From Malacoraja senta (Eukaryota): a DNA stretch of 64,000 nucleotides. The notes beneath the pieces are model-generated. The model did not search any database. It was not told the DNA's origin and saw only the letters and a program-made list of their open reading frames with translations. This document shows positions 24,961-36,245 of the stretch, in pieces (within the stretch, counting starts at the first letter, position 1; each line of letters starts with the position of its first letter). Where the stretch lies: NCBI GenBank assembly GCA_038087875.1, contig JAXLNO010000686.1, forward strand, positions 1-64,000. Reading direction: 5' to 3'. Position numbers and translations under genes: made by a program.

Positions 24961-26024
24961 TGGTTGAAGAACATATTTCAAACATCGAGTGTCCACACAG
25001 TGTAAAAGATGTTTTCATTTTATTTGGAAAGGACACTAAAGAAAATGGAGAAAGAGTTGAGTCTAGCAGCAAAGAGGTCCTTCTGCAGTTGTACAGGGCC
25101 CTGGTGAGACCACACCTGGAGTATTGTGTACCCACACACACACACGCCCTCCACTCGCACACGCACAAACGCCACCACTGAAGTTAACTAACGATTGAGT
25201 TTAATAGGTGGTAGACACAAATGCTGGAGAAACTCAGTGGGTGAGGCAGCATCTGTGGAGCGAAGGAAATAGGCTACGTTTCGGCCGAGATCCTTCTTCA
25301 GATGCTGGGGACAAACTTGCAAATCTGCTCCGAAAGTGAAGACTGCAATTCCTTTAAAATTCATCCCTCTCTCTCTCTCCCTCTCTATCTCTCACTCTCC
25401 CTCTCCTCTCTATCTTTCCCTCTCCCTCTCTCTCTGTCTCTCTCCCCTCACCACACCTCCTCTCTGTCTCTCTCTCTCCCCCCCTCTATCTTTCCCTCTC
25501 CCTCTCCTTTCTCACTTCCCCCTCCTCCTCTCCCCTCCCCCTCCATCTCTCCTTCCCTCCCACCCACCTTCCCCCTCTCTTTCATTCAAATCCTCACTTT
25601 CACTCTAATCCTCATTGTTCACTCAATTTCTCTTTCCTCTCTCCCTCCCGCAGCCCACACTCCTCCATCTCCCTCTCTCTTTCCCTCTCCCTCTATCTCC
25701 CCCCCCTCTTTCTCTCTATCTCTCCCCTCCCTCACCTCTATCTTTCCCTCTGCCTCTCTCTATCTTTCCCTCTCCCTCGCCTTTCTCTCTCTCTCTCTCT
25801 CTCCCACCTTCCCCCTCTCTTTCACTCAATTCTTCATTTCTCCCTCAATTTCTCCTTCCCTCCCTCCCTCCCTCCCTCCTTCCCCCAGCCCACACTCCTC
25901 CCTCCATCTCTCCATCTCTCCATCTCTCCATCTCTCCATCTCTCCATCTCTCTCTCCTCCCTCTCTCTCACTCCTGTCTGCAACGCGGACCAGAGAGAGA
26001 CAAGGGACCGGTTTCCTTCTCCCT

Positions 26025-26165
26025 CCCTCTGACTGACGTCCCTCTCCTCCAATCACCCGCCGCTTCCGGCCATCTGCAAGTCCCGCCCCATCTCCGGGTG
26101 AGTGACGTCTATCTCCGTCAGAGGGCCGTATATCCCGCCCCCACCGTCCCCTCTATGACGTCACC
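26025..26165 (+). promoter_or_regulatory. Pol II promoter-like motif cluster, right (inverted) copy, with splice donor
   Basis: CCAAT 26049-26053, CTTCCGG, GC box, donor GG/GTGAGT with GT at 26098-26099, TGACGTCA 26156-26163. Confidence 0.55.
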
Positions 26166-26628
26166 GTCGTATTTCACATCCCGGGGGGTTTGCAATATCA
26201 CTTTAATGCAACGCATTTGCTGCATTTTACATTGCAGGAGGGTGCAAAGCGATCCATTTGTTGCATTTAACATTTTAAGGGTTTTGCAAAAGTAGTGCAA
26301 AGCGATTTAATGCATTGTACTTCCAAGCGGGGGTGGGGTGGTTGCAATAGTACTTGAATGCAACGCATTTGCTGCATTTAACGTTGCAAGAGTCTGCACA
26401 GTAATTCCAATGCCATGCATTTGTTGCATTTAACATTTTTGAGGGGTTTTGCAAGATTAGTGCAAAGCGATTTAAGATTCAAGATTCCAGAGAGTTTATA
26501 GGGGGTTAAAGAAGGAACTGCAGATGCTGGAAAATCGAAGGTAGACAAAAATGCTGGAGAAACTCAGCGGGTGCAGCAGCATCTATGGAGCGAAGGAAAT
26601 AGGCAATGTTTCGGGCCGAAACCCTTCA

Positions 26629-27527
26629 TAGGGGGGTTGCACGTAAGGTCACGGGGTCATAGGGCTTGACGCACGGAGCCGCTCAATCCATCTGGAGGAC
26701 ATACGTAAATTCCGGTATATGTTATTAATGCAAGAAACGCGTACTTTCCTACCTGTTACAAAACGCCAAAATGTTGAATTTTTTCGCTGTAAAAAATTGT
26801 GGAAGTCGGGGTAAGCGTGAGAGACATGTACCCAACTTCAGAATTCCAAAAGTGAAGCGAAATGAAGGTAAAGAGAAGCGAGAGCGGAAGGGACAACAAC
26901 AGCTAAAGTGCTTGGAGAACATTGGCCGTGCAGATATCGGAATTGAAAATATTGGGATTTATCGCGTTTGCTCACTGCTTCATCAACAGTAAGGCATTAT
27001 TTGTGGTTTTTCTTGATTCCTTTGGTATCTAAAAAGTCTCAGAAGTGATAAATCTGGCTGTAAATTTTGCTTCAGAGGTGTTTTCTTTTTGTATGTAAAA
27101 ACCCACTTGAGAACCATGGGCGATTTTAAAATTTTACAGCCAGATTTATCACTTTTGAAACTTTTTAGATGCCAAAGGTATCAAGAAAAACCACAAATAA
27201 TGCCTTAGTTGATGAAATGCAGTGAGCAAACGGCCAATGTTCGCCAAGCACTTTGGCTGTTGTTGTCCCTTCAGCTCTCGCTTCTATCTACCGTCATTTC
27301 TCCTCACTTTTGGAATTCTGAAGTAAGATAAATGTCTCTCACGCTTATCCCGATTTCCATAATTATTTACAGCGCAAAAAATGACCATTTCGGCGTGTTT
27401 TAACGGGCCCGCTACGCTGGAAACAATGGTCAGTGCTTACCTGCAGTTCATCGCGTGTACTCTTGTTGGCGTAGCGTAGCAACAGCATGGGTCATGGGTC
27501 GTGACCCGACTGCCGTGCAATCTTCCT
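26629..27527. mobile_element. THAP-domain fold-back MITE, right and more complete copy
   Basis: Termini AGGGGGGTTGCACG / CGTGCAATCTTCCT flanked by TA; inverted THAP-like arms at about 26760-27075 and 27125-27400. Confidence 0.75.
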
Positions 27528-27528
27528 A

Positions 27529-27987
27529 GAGTCTGATGGCTGTGGGGAAGCAGCTATTCCTGAACCTGGAGGTTGCAGTCTTCAGGCTCCTGTACCTTCC
27601 ACCTGAAGGCAGCAGGGAGATGAGTGTGTGGCCAGGATGGTGTGGGTCCTTGATGATGCTGCCAGCCTTTTTGAGGCTGCGACTGCGATAAATCCCCTCG
27701 ATGGAAGGGAGGTCAGAGCCGATGATGGACTGGGCAGTGTTTACTACTTTCTGTAGCCTTTTCCACTCCTAGACGCTCAAGTTGCCGAACCAAGCCACGA
27801 TGCAACCGGTCAGCATGCTCGAGAGTGTCCTCCTTGACAAACCGACTTTCCGTAATCTTCTCAGGAAGTAGAGGCACTGATGTGCTTACTTTATATTTGC
27901 ATCGGTCTTCTGGGACTAGGAGAGATCTTCGGAAATATGAACGCCCAGGAATTTGAAGCTCTTGACCCTCTCGACCTTCGACCCGTT
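27529..27987 (-). mobile_element. Rex1/Babar LINE fragment
   Basis: Reverse complement of about 35470-35930; tail remnant at 26475-26498. Confidence 0.85.
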
Positions 27988-28295
27988 TAATGCATTTAAC
28001 TTCTGAGTGTGTGGGGGGGGAGGGGGTTCGCAATATTGCTTTAATGCAACGCATTTGCTTCATATAACATTGCAGGAGCATGCAAAGTTATTCCAATGCG
28101 ATGCATTAATTGCATTTAACATCAGGGGTTCTGCTCGATTAGTGCAAAGCGATTTCGTGCATTGAACTTCCGAGTGGGGGGGTTTGCAATATTACTTGAA
28201 TGCAACCCATTTGCTGCATTTAACGTTGTGGGAGTGTGCAACGTTATTCCAATGTGATGCATTTGTTGCATTTAACATTTGAGCTCTTTCACCTG

Positions 28296-29512
28296 ATTTG
28301 AATCCAATGGAATGTGCCTTTTATACGCTGAAGAGAAAACTGAAGGGGACTCGCCCCCAAAACAAGCATAAGCTTAAAGATGGCTGCAATGCAGGCCTGG
28401 CAGAGCATCACCAGAGCAGACACCCAGCAACTGGTGATGTCCATGAATCGCATACTTCAAGCAGTCAATGCATGCAAAGGATATGCAACAAAATACTACA
28501 TATGATTACTATCTAAATGGCATCAAGTTGGGAAAAGGGGAAGTACAACGGGATCTGGGGATCCTTGTTCATCAGTCTATGAAAGTAAGCATGCAGATAC
28601 AGCAGGCAGTGAAGAAAGCGAATGGCATGTTTGCCTTTATAACAAGAGGAGTCGAGTATAGGAGCAAAGAGGTCTTTCTGCTGTTGTACAGGGCCCTAGT
28701 GAGACCACACACCTGGAGTATTGTGTACAGTTTTGGTCTCCAAATTTGAGGAAGGACATTCTTGCTATTGAGGGAGTGCAGCGTAGGTATTTTAAGGTTA
28801 ATTCCCGGGATGGCGGGACTGTCATATGCTGAGAGAATGGAGCGGCTGGGCTTGTACACTCTGGAGTTTAGAAGGATGAGAGGGTATCTTATTGAAACAT
28901 ATAAGATTTTTAAGGGTTTGGACACGCTAGAGGCAGGAAACATGTTCCCGATGTTGGGGGAGTCCAGAACCAGGGGCCACAGTTTAAGAATAAGGGGTAA
29001 GCCATTTAGAACAGAGATGAGGAGAAACATTTCCACCCAGAGAGTTGTGAATCAGTGGCCATTTAAGACTGAGATGAGGAGAAACATTTCCACCCAGAGA
29101 GTTGTGAATCTGTGGCAATTTCAGACTGAGATGAGGAGAAACTTTTTCACACAGACAGTGGTGAGTCTGTGGAATTCTCTGCCTCAGAGGGCGGTGGAGG
29201 CAGGTTCTCTGGATGCTTTCAAGAGAGAGCTAGATAGGGCTCTTAAAGATAGCGGAGTCGGGATATGGGGAGAAGGCAGGAACGGGGTACTGATTGGGGA
29301 TGATCAGCCATGATCACATTGAATGGTGGTGCTGGCTCGAAGGGCCGAATGGCCTACTCCTGCACCTATTGTCTTTTGTCTATTATTGAGTTCTTTCATT
29401 GACATGACATTGCTGTGTCCCAAATATTATGGTACCCTGAAATGGAGGGTGGGACTGGAATAAACACAGCTTTAATTTCTACATGGTGAAACCAAAAGGT
29501 ATAAAAATGGCA
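28296..29512 (+). mobile_element. Tc1/mariner remnant (transposase C-terminus and right arm) with nested CR1
   Basis: SPDLNPMECAFYTLKRKL, then after a frameshift AWQSITRADTQQLVMSMNRILQAV..CKGYATKY; Tc1-like arm resumes near 29390. Confidence 0.85.
28505..29385 (+). mobile_element. CR1 3' fragment with a triplicated segment of about 57 bp
   Basis: ORFs 28468-29313; TEMRRN(I/F)..TQ(R/T)VV occurs three times at 29010-29165. Confidence 0.9.
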
Positions 29513-31478
29513 GGTAGACAAAAATGCTGGAGAAACTCAGCGGGTGAGGCAGCAACTATGGAGCGAAGGAAATAGGCAACATTTCGGGTCGAAACCCTTC
29601 TTCAGACTGATGTGAGGGTGGGGGAGGCGGGAAGAAGAAAGGAAGAAGTGGAGCCAGTGGGCTGAGGGAGAGCTGGGAAGGGGAGGAGAAAGTAGGGACT
29701 ACCTGAAATTAGAGAAGTCAATGTTCATACCGCTGGGGTGCAAACTGCCCAAGCGAAATACGAGGTGCTGCTCCTCCAATTTACTGTGGTGCTCACTCTG
29801 GCCATGGAGGAGGCCCAGGACAGAAAGGTCTGATTCGGAATGGGAGGGGGAGTTGAAGTGCTGAGCCACCGGGAGATCAGGTTGGTTAATGCGGACCGAG
29901 CGGAGGTGATCGGCGAAACGATCGCCAAGCCTACGCTTGGTCTCACCGATGTAAAGTAGCTGACATCTAGATCAGCGGATGCAATAGATGAGGTTGGAGG
30001 AGGTGCAGGTGAACCTTTGTCGCACCTAGAACGACTGCTTGGGTCCTTGGATGGAGTCGAGGGGGGAGGTAAAGCGACAAGTGTATCATTTCTTGCGGTT
30101 GCAAGGGAAATTGCCCGGAGAGGGTGGTTCAGGTGAGAATGGAAGAATTGACCAGGGAGTTATGGAGAGAGCGGTCTTTGCAGAAAGCCAACAGGAGAGG
30201 AGATGGGAAGATGTGGCGAGTGGTGGGGTCACGTTGGAGGTGGTGAAAATGACAGAGGACTATTTGTTGTACGTGACGGCTAGTGGGGTGAAAGGTGAGG
30301 ACTGGGGGGACTCTGCCCTTGTTACGAGTGGGGGGATGGGGAGTGAGAACAGTGTTATGGGGTATTGAAGAGACCCTGGTTAGAGCCTCATCTATAGTAG
30401 GGGAGGGGAACCCCCGTTCCCTGAGGAATGAAGACATTTCCGATGCCCTGGTGTGGAACACCATCCTGGGAGCAGATGCGGTGTAGACGGAGGAATTGGG
30501 AGTAGGGGATGGAGTCCTTACAGGAAGCAGGGTGGGAAGAAGTGTAATTGTAGATAGCCATGAGAGAGTGGGTTTATAGTGGATGTCGGTCAGAAGTCTA
30601 TCACCTGCGATGGAGATAGTGAGGTCAAGAAATGGTAGGGAAGTGTTGGAAATGGTCCAGGTGTGTTTGAGTGCCGGGTGGAAGTTAGAGGTGAAGTTGA
30701 TGAAGTCAGTGAGTTGTGTGTGGGTGCAGGAGGTAGCACCAATGGAGTCGTCGATGTAGCGGAGGTAGAGTTGGGGATAGGGCCCTGGCACGTCTCGAAC
30801 AAGGATTGTTCGACGTACCCTACAAAGAGGCAGGCATAGCTGGGGCCCATGCGCGTGCCCATAGCTACGCCTTGTATTTGGTGGAAATGGGAGGAGTCAA
30901 ACAAAAATTTATTAAAGGTAAGGACCAGCTCCGCTTGGCGGAGGAGAGTATCTGTAGACGGGGATTGGTTGGTTCCCCGGTCAAGGAAGAACCGGAGGGC
31001 TTTGAGACCATCCTGGTGGGGGATGGAGGTGTAGACTGACTGGACATCCATGGTGAAGATGAGGGGATGGGGGCCTAGAGAACGGAATTCCCGGAGACGA
31101 CGGAGAGTGTCTGAGGTGTCTTGAACATAGGTAGGGAGGGATTTAACCAGGGGGGATAGAATGGAGTCGAGGTATGTGGAAATAAGTTTGGTACCGCAAG
31201 AGATGCTACACTTGTCACTCGTAACAAGGGCAGAGTCCCCCTAGTCCACACCTTCCACCCCACTAGCCATTACGTACAACAAATAATCCTCCGTCATTTT
31301 CCCCACCTCCAACGTGACCCCACCACTCGCCACTTCTTCTCATCTCCCCCCGTCTGCTTTCCGCAAAGACCGCTCCCTCCGTAACTCCCTGGTCAATTCT
31401 TCCCTTCCCTCCCGCACCCCCCCCCCCCCCTCGCCGGGCACTTTCCCTTGCAGCCGCAAGAGATGCTACACTTGTCAC
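29513..31478 (-). mobile_element. Penelope-like element (RT + GIY-YIG + pLTR), degenerate, with inverted 5' segment 31195-31478
   Basis: MDVQSVYTSIP, GVAMGTRMGPSYACLFVG and YLRYIDD; GIY-YIG-like LYIGET...RFADH near 29955-29905; pLTR at 29513-29610. Confidence 0.92.
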
Positions 31479-31523
31479 TAAACACTTTGTCTACAGGCAG
31501 TCTGCCATTGAAGTAAATGAGAG

Positions 31524-34367
31524 CAGGGCTGCCAACAATGGGTGAGAGTTGAGAGTGAGAAATTTTGAGGGAGCGTAACGACCGAGGGGGGGAGGGGGGT
31601 GTCCCCCCTCCCACGGTAGGGAGCTTTTTTCAGCTTGAAATTGTGCAGTCTGGTGCATAATGTAGCGAGTCTTTTAACTTTCACTTGAATGCAACATTTA
31701 TGCTTTAAATTGGTTTTGGTATGAATAAGGTTAGGCTAAATTACATTCCTAATTACATTCCACAATAGAGCCAGGCTCTGATCAACGGGTGCAGCACATG
31801 AATGACTATATTCATGTATGGAAATCAAATTATATTCATGCTGTTGTGCATATATATAGAGAAAAACACAGAGAAATAAGGCGTCGGACTTCCATCTGTT
31901 CTGAACAAATAAATCATCAACCTTACCCTTTGAATATAGAAACAAGACAGAAATAATGCCGCCATCTTGGAGGAACGGCTGCTAAACAGCAGCCGTCCGT
32001 CAAATTCACTTTTTCTTTAGTTTTAGCTTTTTTATTTCTTTGTTTGTTTGGGTTTTTTTGACTTTTAATGTGGGGGGGTAAGGGGGAAACTACTTCTAGG
32101 TCCCTACCTGGTCGGTGAGGCAGCTTTTTCTCCAGGCTGCCTCGTCGACCCGTCCTCGTGGCCTACCAGCGGGCATGGAGCGCCGTTTCCTGACGGGGAC
32201 CGCCCAGCACCTTCAGCTTCGGTGGCGGCACAGCGCTGGAGCGCTATCGGGGAGCGGAGCGGGCGATGCCTTGCCTGGGTCACCGCGCTGGATCGACGCG
32301 CTGGAGCTCCGGTGGGCTGGACCGCCGACTTCAACACCTCCGGACTGCGGGGCGACCAGCTGCGGGCGGCGGCGCCGACTCCAACATCGGGAGCCTCGTG
32401 GCTCCAAATCGGCGCGGCCCTGTCGGCTTCAGGTGCCATCGACTCCGTCGGGAAACCGGCCGTTCCAGCCGCTCTGAGGACTCTCCCGACGGCCAGGAAC
32501 ATCGGGCCTCCGTAGAGGCAACTGTGGAGGCCTCGATGGGCCTGACTCTGGGGAGAACTGGGTTGGGGACTGGGCATTGTGCCTTCCCCCACAGTGGTGG
32601 TCATTGTGGGGGGATGATTTTGTCTGCTGTGCCTGTGCCTGTCAGTCCGTGTACAAGATGGCGGTCGGAGGGAAGAGTGGACGCTGGCGCGAATTGGTCG
32701 CCGCTGCTCTCTCCTCAAACTTGTGTTTCTTATTTTCTTTTGGTGCTTTTGAAATTGAATTCTGTCCTTGATTTGTGTACTGTGGTGTTTTCTTATTTAA
32801 TTTATTCCGATTATGTGTTTTTTGTTTTGTTGTGATTCTATGCATTGTAAGGTGTCCTTGGGTTTTAGAAAGGCGCCAGTAAATAAAATGATTATTATTA
32901 TTATTATTATTATATATGGTTCAATGAAAACTAAGATATATATGGATAAAATAAATATGGAAACAGGCCCTTCAGCCCACCAAGTCCACACCGACCAGCA
33001 ATCTATCATATACCATCTTTCGGATATGGGAGAAACTGGAATATCCAGAGAAAACCCATGTGGTAATAAGGCAGCAACTCTACCGCTGCGCCAACGTGCC
33101 ACCCCATTAAATTATTTTTTCTGTAATATATTTATTTTGGTGTCACGTCAATAAAGATGAACACATGATTCTGATTTCTGCCCTTAGTTGGATAACACAC
33201 ATCTCCAATCATTGTGTTTCATGGCTAGTTTTCAACTTCAGTCTGAAGGTCTCGACTCGAAACATCACCCATTCTTTCTCTCCAGAGATGCTGCCTGTCC
33301 TGCTGAGTTTTTATCGTTTTTCGTGTCTATCTTCAGTTAAACCAGCATCTGCAATTCCTTCCTACACTATCCGTTGCTGCAGAGAATACAATCCCAGTTA
33401 TCAAATCTTTCTTCAAAATGAAAAAAAAATTCCATCCCTGCCTGCCAACATCTTCATAAATTGCCCCTGGATCCTCTGCAGAGCAATTGCACACTTTCTA
33501 CAATGTGTCTTACAGCATGGAAAAAGGCCCTTCATCCCAACTTCTCCATGCAGATCAAGATGCCCATCTAAACTAGTCCCATTTACCCGCATTGGCCCAT
33601 ATCCCTTTAAACCTTGTGTGCGCCAGTGTCTGTGTAAGGGTGTGTGTTAGGTTGTGTGTGAGAGTGTGTGTCAGTGAAGCAGCAACAACACCCGGAGTGA
33701 GCGGAGACTTGGCGATGCCCGGAGAGCATTTCCCTCCCCTCCCCCTCCCGGGAATGCGGGCCGGCCCAGGTGCTCCTTGTCCAGCTGGGGCCTGGGGGAG
33801 GTGAGGGTCAGTGACCCGGGGGTCAGACATCGGAGCAGAGCCTTAGCCCGAGATTCATCCCCGCGGCTCCGGATGCTGCACCGACGCCCCCACTCACCCG
33901 GTCCACTCCTGGCTCCGGGCCGGGGTTAAAACTCCATGGGGTGTGGGCAGAGCAGCCGACGGACATAGAGCCGCCGGCGGTGAGGGTGGGAGGTGTGTGC
34001 CGTGCCTCGGGGGGGGGGGGGGAAAGGGGGAGGGGGGTTGGTGCGGGGACCACCGCCGTGTCTCACCTCGTCTGCATGGGTGAAACGAAACAACTTTTTC
34101 TTTTCCCAAAATCATCCTGCTAGCTGGTAGTTTGACAGCCCTGCTTTAAACCAATGCCTTGAATCACATATCCTGGGAAAAAGACTATGCATTCACCTTA
34201 TATTCCCCTCGTGGTTTTTACTCAGCTCTAAAACAATTTTTGCTTTATTTTGAACCTCCAGCACCTGCAGATTTTTGAGCGTTAGAAATTTGTGATCAGC
34301 GTGAGAGCGTGACAATTTTGTGAAATGTGTGAGTCTCACGCTAAATGCGTGAGAGTTGGCAGCCCTG
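31524..34367. mobile_element. Non-autonomous TIR element (hAT-like termini) holding nested insertions
   Basis: 13-bp TIR CAGGGCTGCCAAC / GTTGGCAGCCCTG; ATGAGAG duplicated at 31517-31523 and 34368-34374. Confidence 0.75.
31957..32911 (+). mobile_element. GC-rich non-autonomous retroposon with L2-like tail
   Basis: 5' hairpin ACGGCTGCTAAACAGCAGCCGT, T-tract, GC body, tail TGTAAGGTGTCCTTGGG...GAAAGGCGCC..AATAAA(ATT)n. Confidence 0.6.
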
Positions 34368-35110
34368 ATGAGAGTGAAGCCAGGGGCGGCCATATTGGAT
34401 GCTGGCATTTCCCTGTGGAGCTGCAGGTGGCCATCTTGTCTACAGGCAGTCTGCCATTGCAGTCCATAGGGAGTGAAGGCCTGGGCGGCCATCTTAGCTA
34501 CTGGCAGTGTTCCATTGAAGTCAATGGGAGTGAAGCCCAGGGAGGCGGCCATTTTTCGTCAAGGCACATCCATTGAAGTCAAAGGGACGTGAGTTAAGGG
34601 CGGCCATCTTAGTTACTGGCAGCCTTCCATTAAAGTCAATGGGAGTGAAGCCCTGGACGGCCATATTAGCTACTGGCAGCCTTCAATTTTTTATCTCTCT
34701 CCCTCTTTCTTTCTCTTTCTCTCTCTCCCCTCCTCTGGCTTCCTCTTCTTCCCTTCTCTCTCTCTCCTTCTCTATCTCTTTTGCCTCTCCTCTCCAGGGA
34801 GGCGGCCATCTTTGGTCAGGGCACTTCCAATTGAAGTCAATGGGAGGTGAGGCCAGGAGGCAGCCATATTTGGTCAGGGCACTTCCATTGAAGTCAATGG
34901 GAGGTGAGGCCAGGGAGGCGGCCATCTTTGCTCAGGGCGCTTACATTGAAGTTAATGGGAGGTGAAGCCCAGGCTGGCGGCCATATTTGGTCAGGGCGCT
35001 TCCATTGAAGTCAAAGGGAGGTGAATCACATGGAGGCGGCCATCTTGACTGCTGGCACTCCCATTGAAGTAAAAGGGAGTGATGCCCAGGACGGCCATGT
35101 TAGGTACTGG
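34368..35110. repeat. Tandem array of about 58-bp units, each with a YY1-like site and the palindrome CCATTGAAGTCAATGG
   Basis: 12 G(G/A)CGGCCAT(C/A/T)TT-type motifs alternate with CATTGAAGTCAATGGGAG; one displaced unit at 31487-31523. Confidence 0.9.
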
Positions 35111-35261
35111 TGAGTTTGTAGATCCTTAAAAGGGTGAATAGAGGGAGACCGTTTCCAGTCGCTCACTTGGACGGAGATGCGTCTTTTCTCCTGGTCGCAT
35201 TTCGCCCTCCCCCGCGGCCTAACAACTTGGATTGATGCGGCCTTTTCCGGAGCTTCAGCAG

Positions 35262-36157
35262 AAGGTTCGCTGATGACACCACTGTTGTGGGACGTATCAC
35301 TGATGGGGATGAGTCAGAGTATAGAAGTGAGATCGAGCAACTGTCCATGTGGTGCCAGCACAATAACCTGGCCCTCAACACCAGCAAAACCAAGGAACTG
35401 ATTGTGGACTTTGGAAGGAGAAGGATGGGGACACATAGTCCCGTTTATTTCAACTGGTCGATGGTTGAAAGGGTCAAGAACTTCAATTTCCTGGGCGTGC
35501 ACATCTCTGAAGATCTCTCCTGGTCTGAGAACACTGATGCAATTATTAAGAAACACATCAGCGCCTCTACTTCCTGAGAAGATTACGGAGAGTCGGTTTG
35601 TTAAGGAGGACTCTCTCTAACTTCTACAGGTGCACAGTAGAGAGCATGCTGACCGGTTGCATCGTGGCTTGGTTCGGCAACCTGAATGCCCAGAAGTGAA
35701 AAATACTACAAAAAGTAGTAAACACTGCCGAGTCCATCATCGGCTCTGACCTCACTACCATCGAGGGGATCTATCGCAGTCGCTACCTCAAAAGACTGGC
35801 AGCATCATCAAGGACCCACACCATCCTGGCCACACACTCATCTCCCCGCAACCTTCAGGTAGAAGGTACAGGAGCCTTAAGACTGTAATGACCAGGTTCA
35901 GGAATATCTACTTCCCTATAGCCATCAGGCTATTAAACTTGGCTCGGACAGAACTCTGAACATTAATAGCCCATTATCTGTTTTATTTGCACTTTATCTG
36001 TTTTATTTATTGATGTGTGTATATATTTATACAATGGGATATGGACACACTGATTTGTTTTGTAGTCATGCCGTCTATATTGTGTTGTGCTGAAGCAAAG
36101 CAAGAATATCATTGTCCTATCAGGGACACATGACAATAAACTCTCTTGAATCTTGAG
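35262..36157 (+). mobile_element. Rex1/Babar LINE, 3' 0.9 kb
   Basis: FADDTTVVGRITDGDESEYR...KTKELIVDF...FLGVHISEDLSW; tail ATGACAATAAACTCTCTTGAATC. Confidence 0.9.
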
Positions 36158-36245
36158 ATTACAGCGAGTTAGTCTCTAGTGCAGAGCTACAGGGAATGTT
36201 CATATATGACTGTTTCCGTAAATACAGCGCTCAGAGTGAAACTGA

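Larger units (their letters stand above)
26170..28285. repeat. TGCA-rich tandem repeat of about 155-165 bp, split by Rex1, MITE and pLTR insertions
   Basis: GCAATA...AATGCAACGCATTTGCTGCATTT...TGCAAAGCGATTT units start near 26190, 26343, 28030 and 28187; inverted copy at 13380-13560. Confidence 0.75.
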
